DNA of 64,000 nucleotides from Octopus vulgaris. Taxonomy: Eukaryota. Numbering within the stretch: position 1 is the first letter of the stretch; every line of letters begins with the position of its first letter. A program made the translations under genes and the position numbers. This document shows positions 56,161-64,000 of the stretch, piece by piece. The stretch spans positions 53,444,001 to 53,508,000 of the forward strand of contig OX597815.1 in NCBI GenBank assembly GCA_951406725.2, in the 5' to 3' direction. The notes beneath the pieces were generated by a model, which was not told where the DNA came from, ran no database searches, and saw nothing but the letters and a program-made list of their open reading frames with translations.

Positions 56161-56202
<42 letters not shown>

Positions 56203-56226
56203 TTATGTATATATATGTATGTGTAT

Positions 56227-56282
<56 letters not shown>

Positions 56283-56683
56283 GTATATACATATATATAA
56301 ATATATTGCTCTCATGTCTATCTATCTGTATTAGTATATATGTGAGTGTGTTTGTGGTGTGTGTGTGTGTTCATATTTATTACCTTGCATTAGGTAATAC
56401 AAATGTTATGCTATGTATTATTTTAGCCAATCTATTTCTGACAGAACAATTCTAGGTTGGGATTTTTTGATTTCGCTTGAAGTGGAACAAACTTAAATGC
56501 AACAATTTCAATTAGAAAACAATTAAGGTTCGCAAGTTAAATACCGTTAATGAAATATTTGTTTTTTGGAGTGTTACACGGAAACTATACTAAATGTGAT
56601 CGGGCACATTCTATAGTTCATATTCTAATTATTATAAAGCACGCGCACACAAACACGCGCGCACGCACGCACACACACACACC

Positions 56684-56768
<85 letters not shown>

Positions 56769-57449
56769 GCAAAATGTTTTCATATAATTTAATTATTCAT
56801 ATATTTTGTTTCTGATAAATATTTGCCGAACAATATAACATTCAAGTGGAAATGGTAAACAATAAATTGTTTCTTACCCGTTTAACACACCTGATGTGAA
56901 TTAATTAGAATAGAAGTGTCTATTATATATACATAAAATATGTATACATCACCACACACGTATATACATTAACAATAAACTTTTTGTATCTACAGAATAG
57001 GTTTTATAGGAAACAAAATATGTTTTAAGCAAGAATATAGTATAAGTTTAATGCATCGAAATAGACGTATGGCGTTATGTTTCTTACTTGGAATGAGAAA
57101 ATAATAATAAATATAACACACTGTTTTTGTACTATTCGTATTTAATTTGACTGTTCTAATTTGTTGCACTGAAATGAACACTAAACTCCTAGTAGCTCAT
57201 GAAACAGTGTGTGTAACCTGGTCCTTTAGAATATATAGTCCGGATACCGGAAGTTTTATTTTGTTGAGTATGATAAATTTGTGACTATAGTGTAAGTTCC
57301 GTCTCAATTATGGATTTGGCGACTGAAGCAAAAATATTTATACACAAAACATAGATACATATAATTATAAAGATATATATCACTACCTACATTCACATAT
57401 ATGTGTGTGAGTATAAAGACATATATATAAATACATACATGTATACACG

Positions 57450-57555
<106 letters not shown>

Positions 57556-57582
57556 AGTGTATGTATGTGTATATATGTATGT

Positions 57583-57637
<55 letters not shown>

Positions 57638-57863
57638 TGTTTATGTTACTGAGTATAAAATTACAAGTCCGTCAAAGGTGAGATCTACATCACCAACTGA
57701 TCAGTGCTTTCTATGCACATACCTGCATCTACACTCGCATACATATGTATATATATACATGCATACATATATATATATATATATATATATACGTAAGGTG
57801 TACTAGCCATCTGAATGTGGCTGAGCGGTTACTGTTTATATCTCGTTCAGAGATTTATTAATG

Positions 57864-57921
<58 letters not shown>

Positions 57922-57922
57922 A

Positions 57923-57968
<46 letters not shown>

Positions 57969-58284
57969 TGTGTGTGCGTGTGTGTGTGTATATGTCTTTG
58001 TGTGTTTGTGTCCATAAGCCCACATATAAACACTGTAATAAACTATCTATTTCATGTGTTCTTGTCGTTGATAAAGGGTACAAACGTTAGACGTTCTCAT
58101 CGTTGATCCAGTGAAAATTCCAGGTTGTCACAGTTTGAAGGGACAGTAGCATTTGCACTCTGTGTGTACTTTATTTCTTGTGCCGGACGAAATGAAGGCC
58201 AAGCTTAATGAAACGGACTCACCTGACATACGTACACATGCACCTATGTACACGTATATGCATGTGCTTAGAATACATGCATAC

Positions 58285-58342
<58 letters not shown>

Positions 58343-58618
58343 ATGTATGTATGTATATAAGTATAGGTTTATATATAAATATGCTTTCGCAAAACATCCT
58401 CTTTCCAAAACCCAAGAAAGGAAATTCAACTCAAGATTTTTTCAGCTACATGACTATATAAAAATTCTCAATTTTCTATAATTAATCATTCATGATAAAT
58501 CCTTGAAAGAGACGAAAGGGCTAAATAAACAGTTTTATCTAAATCCTGACTACCTTCCTTTTCTTAATATATTTAATGGGTACTCTACTTTAAACAATAT
58601 ATACATTCTATACATACA

Positions 58619-58684
<66 letters not shown>

Positions 58685-58977
58685 TATATGTATGTATGTA
58701 TATATGTATGTTTGTATATATATATATATAAGCATTTATATATATGTACACACACACATACATATATATATGTATACATAGAGATACATATACATATAGA
58801 TAAAAATATAATATATAGTTGTGTGTTATATATATATATGCTTATACATATTCACACACATATACATTCATATGTATATATTTCTGTATATATATATATA
58901 AATTTTTATATATATATACATATATACATGTGTGCATGTAAATATATATGTATATATATATATATTTATATATATAT

Positions 58978-59018
<41 letters not shown>

Positions 59019-59023
59019 CATTC

Positions 59024-59065
<42 letters not shown>

Positions 59066-59474
59066 TTATATATAAATATTGCTCGACTATTTCTGGTATA
59101 CTTCAATATGCATGAAGTTTTGAGTATACTGCGATAGAAATGGAAATGTTTATTTTGGTGAAGTAGTAATACTTCTGATATTAAATGATTTTGTTGAAAT
59201 AGCAAAATGTAAATATGTAAGCATAGGTTGTATCAGAGAACTGAGCTAAGGTTTTAGAGAAATACAGCCTACATTCACACACAATGACAAACATTACATG
59301 CGTACGCACTGACAGACATAGCTAGACATACACACAAACGCATATCTATATTCATATATACGGTTGTTCGTCTGCATGTATGTCAATGCAAGCAAACATA
59401 AGATTTACATTTACTGACATATATATAGTCATGGATATTTGTCTATAAGTATACACTCACACACATACATGAAC

Positions 59475-59515
<41 letters not shown>

Positions 59516-59703
59516 CATGCGATGAGTGTATGCGTATGTATTCACATGCATGCATATATACTTGTATACATGCGTACGTACAAAAGTCCATAATATTGAT
59601 ATAAGCACAAAGTATATATTTGGTACAATGGATTAGTTGATTTAATGGGGCCCAAAATGTGACGGATACATAAATTTCTAATAGTAATAATACCAATAAT
59701 GAT

Positions 59704-59704
<1 letters not shown>

Positions 59705-59787
<83 letters not shown>

Positions 59788-60127
59788 TGTGATGATTCCC
59801 ATGATAATAATAAAGATAGCAACAATAATAAAAATAAAAGAAAGAAAATAACAAGTAGAAGAAAATGGAGAGGAGGACAGTAAAGAAAAACAGATACGAG
59901 AGAAGAAAACGAGGAACAAGAAAGAGAAAAAGAAAATGAAGAGCTGGAAGAAGAAACGGAAGAAGAACAAGAAGAGGGGGAAGAAGAAGAAGCAGAAGAA
60001 GAAGAAGAAGAAGAAGGAGAAGAAGAAGAAGAAGAAGAAGAAGAAGAAGAAGAAGAAGAAGAAGAAGAAGAAGAAGAAGAAGAAGAAGAAGAAGAAGAAG
60101 AAGAAGAAGAAGAAGAAGAAGAAGAAA
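59705..60127. repeat. Compound (AAT)n / purine-rich (GAA)n tract
   Basis: Direct reading. Confidence 0.9.
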
Positions 60128-60360
60128 GGAAAAGTAGACTATAAATAATAATATCATATATGAACAATGAATTATACTTTATGAAAAATATGTATGTATA
60201 CATACATGTACGAATATAATGAAGAAAGTGATTATATTTTCGCTTTACTTGACTGCACGTCTTAATTATTCACGAGTATAGATACTCGCGCACACTGTCA
60301 CACACGAACACATTAGCCCGTCCGTAAATATAAATACAAATATAAATATAAATATAGATA

Positions 60361-60419
<59 letters not shown>

Positions 60420-60507
60420 ATATATACATGAATCTAATATATATGTACACACGCGCACACATATATTTATAAATATTATATACGCTTTAAAAGGCAAATA
60501 TAAGTTC

Positions 60508-60615
<108 letters not shown>

Positions 60616-61103
60616 TTACACGTACACAGACGTATACGTACGTGTATGTGTGTACGCATACGTACACACACATATAAGTATATATACAATTTGTCAGTTT
60701 AATACATTGCATCCAAGACATAATATGGCCATAATTAGCTTCAATATTCGTTTTTCAATCTATTATTCTATATCTATGTGTTTTTTTGCAAAGTTTTGGA
60801 ATTTAATCTCTTCACAATACCACCATTTCTAATGATTTTTCTTATCCCCTCTCCATTTGACAGTTTGTGTCCTTTCTTTTTTGTTTCTCGCCATCCTTAC
60901 TTATTTCTTTCTTTTCTTCCTTCTTTCTTTCAAAATTTGTTTCATTCTTCATTAGATAAACTCATATTTGCATTTAGATATAGTATGATTTGCATCAGTG
61001 AATACATTATTACCTACCTATGAATCTTGCTAGCCAGACCTAACAAACCTTAGGTTCATATGTATGCATGTTTAGAGAAATACATATGTACGTACATATT
61101 TGA

Positions 61104-61160
<57 letters not shown>

Positions 61161-61204
61161 TATGTTTGTGTGTGTGTGTGTATACATATATATGTATATA
61201 AATT

Positions 61205-61242
<38 letters not shown>

Positions 61243-61318
61243 CGTATATATATGTATGTATATATATGTATAAATAAATATATGTATATATGTATATCTG
61301 TGTGTATATGTATATATG

Positions 61319-61352
<34 letters not shown>

Positions 61353-61522
61353 AGACGCTACAAACAGTGTAAATAACATGAAATACGCAAACAAACAAAT
61401 TAAATACATAAACAACGAGATAAAAATGAAAAACAGGACAAGTAAATACAGAGAAAGGACCCTTCATCAGTTGTCGGCTCTTTATATAAATATATGTATA
61501 TATATGTGTGTGTTTATATTCA

Positions 61523-61647
<125 letters not shown>

Positions 61648-61887
61648 ATACATATACATACATATATTATGTGTCTGTGTATCTAAATTCATTATCACTA
61701 GCTCGATGAGCCCTTCCCTATTTCTCTGCACGAAAAGAAATTATTAACATTCCGCAAGATGTCTCAGTTATCCGGAATACGAATTCAAGACTAAATATAT
61801 AAAATCTCAAATACATAATTTACATATACATTCTGACACACTTGCTCACACTTACTCACTTATTCTTCCAATTATATATTAGAAATG

Positions 61888-61934
<47 letters not shown>

Positions 61935-61935
<1 letters not shown>

Positions 61936-62343
61936 TCTTTTTACTCTTTTACTTGTTTCAGTCATTTGACTGTGGCCATGCTGGAACACGCCTTTAGTCG
62001 AGTAAATCGACCCCAGGACTTATTCTTTGTAAGCCTAGTACTTATTCCATCAGCCCCTTTTGCCGAACCGCTAAGTTACGGTGACGTAAACTCACCAGCA
62101 TCGGTTGTCAAGTGATGTTGGGGGGACAAACACAGACACACAAACATATACACACACATATATATACATATATACATATATACGACGGGCTTCTTTCAGT
62201 TTCCGTCTACCAAATCCACTCACAAGGCTTTTGTCGGCCCGAGGCTATAGTAGAAGACACTCGCCCAAGGTGCCACGCAGTGGGACTGAAACCGGAACCA
62301 TGTGGTTGGTAAACAACCTACTTACCACACAGCCAGTCCTACG

Positions 62344-62345
<2 letters not shown>
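61935..62345 (-). mobile_element. Full-length SINE family A
   Basis: Near-complete reverse complement of 42504-42900, flanked by (TA)n. Confidence 0.88.
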
Positions 62346-62426
<81 letters not shown>

Positions 62427-62760
62427 GTAGATATCTTATCTATCTTTCTGATATACTTGCTCATACTTACTCAGTTATTCTTCCAATTATATATTAAAAA
62501 TGTGATATATATATATATATATATATGCATACATGTATAAATATATGTATATATTTATATATATATGTATCTGTATCTCTCTCTCTTTCTCTGTGTATCT
62601 TCTCTTTCTCCTCTCTCTCTCTCCTCCATTTTTTCTATATATATACATGCTTACATATATGTATATATATTATCTCTCTTTTTATCTGTCTATCTATCTA
62701 TCTACATATACATACATACAGACACACATATATATATATATATATGTGTGTGTATGTATA

Positions 62761-62822
<62 letters not shown>

Positions 62823-62959
62823 ATATATATATATATATATATATACAAGCAATCATATATTGATTAATTCTTAGATATCTATAAATTTTCTATACACATG
62901 CCCGCCTTCAAACACACATGCAGACATGCAGACAAATACACACACATATATATACTTAC

Positions 62960-63000
<41 letters not shown>

Positions 63001-63020
63001 TAGATATATATATATATATA

Positions 63021-64000
63021 TCACCTTGATCACCTTGACCGACCAGTCAGTCGGGCGTCCATTTGACACCACTGGTCACAGCACGCTGTCCACTCCTCTC
63101 TAGATCGCGCCTTTCTCATCCACGTAATCCCAACCGTCCTCCTAAAATCGTAACTCCACCGTCGTGGAGGCCTTCCGGGTGGTTGCTTCCGCTCGCGCGG
63201 GTACCACTCGACAACTACGCAGTGGAAAGAGTCAAATACCATCCTGCTGCATAAGAAGGCCGATAGAGAAGATCTAAAGAACTACCGACCCATATGCCTG
63301 CTGTCTCACGTGTACAAGCTGTTCACAAAGATAATTCTGAACAGGTTATCACGTCATCTCGACGAACAACAACCGAGGGAACAAGCCGGCTTCCGGAAGA
63401 AAACAGCACGATATACCATATATTTACTGTAACACAATTGCTTGAGCGAGAGAATGAGTACAAGCTGCCTCTTTGCGTTGCGTTTGTAGACTATGAGAAC
63501 GCCTTCGATAGCATCGAAACCAACGCAGTGCTGAACTCGCTGCAGAGGCAAGGAGTCGAGGCGCAATATGTGCAACTGCTCAGGAAGGCAAATTCCGGAT
63601 GCACTACCGACATAACTCTGCTGTCCTCACCCGTACGAGTGCCGGTCGAGAAGGGAGTGAAGTTAGGAGATACGATCTCTCCAAAACTTTTCCCCGTATG
63701 TCTCGAGCAGATCATCAGAGGTATCGACTGGTAAGGCGGTGTCAACATCAATGGCAAGCTCCTCACCCATCTCCGTTTCACTGACGACATCGTACTCATC
63801 ACTGAAACCACGGATCAGCTTCAGACCATGCTGACGGAGCTCGACATCAAAAGCTCTACAGTAGGTCTCAAGATGAACCGCATGAAAACGAAGTTCATGC
63901 GGTCAGACAACGTACCAACAGGTCGAATGTTGATCGGCAGTGATGAAATAGAGGAGGTAAAGGAATATGTCTACCTGGGACAGGAAGTGAATATGTGCCA
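63021..64000. mobile_element. RTE-clade LINE with inversion: 3' end on - (63021-~63218), RT body on + (~63218-64000, runs off the window)
   Basis: The - part encodes VVEWYPRERKQPPGRPPRRW..QMDA followed by a GATCAAGGT tandem tail. The + part encodes QWKESNTILLHKK..NYRPICLL..EQAGFR..FVDYENAFDS..GVKLGDTISPKLF..HLRFTDDIVL..KTKFM..YVYLGQ. Same family as 33006-33710. Confidence 0.9.

Noticed and set aside
59780-60127. Glu-rich reading frame resembling an acidic protein exon
   Set aside because: It grades into pure (GAA)n and (AAT)n; low-complexity repeat.

Overview
AT-rich, microsatellite-saturated animal DNA. The tRNA-derived SINE families and overall repeat landscape resemble Octopus/cephalopod genomes (inference). 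No host protein-coding exon could be recognised, and almost all ORFs in the track are microsatellite translations. Recognisable content is transposon-derived: a full-length but inactivated mariner; a pogo/Tigger element that appears to host a nested R4/Dong-type RLE non-LTR retrotransposon; a Helitron RepHel fragment lying between opposite-strand Helitron termini; two RTE copies, one apparently 5'-inverted; a degenerate Penelope-like element (PLE) with an inverted terminal repeat; and many SINEs. The most notable signal is at the RNA level. A ~490-bp head-to-tail tandem (19223-20280) carries an intact type I hammerhead ribozyme in each full unit, the architecture of a non-LTR retrozyme predicted to release a 490-nt self-cleaved, possibly circular RNA. 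Several palindromic PLE-terminus-like cassettes in (TA)n also carry minimal hammerheads followed by AATAAA. Boundaries were read by eye, and SINE limits are approximate.
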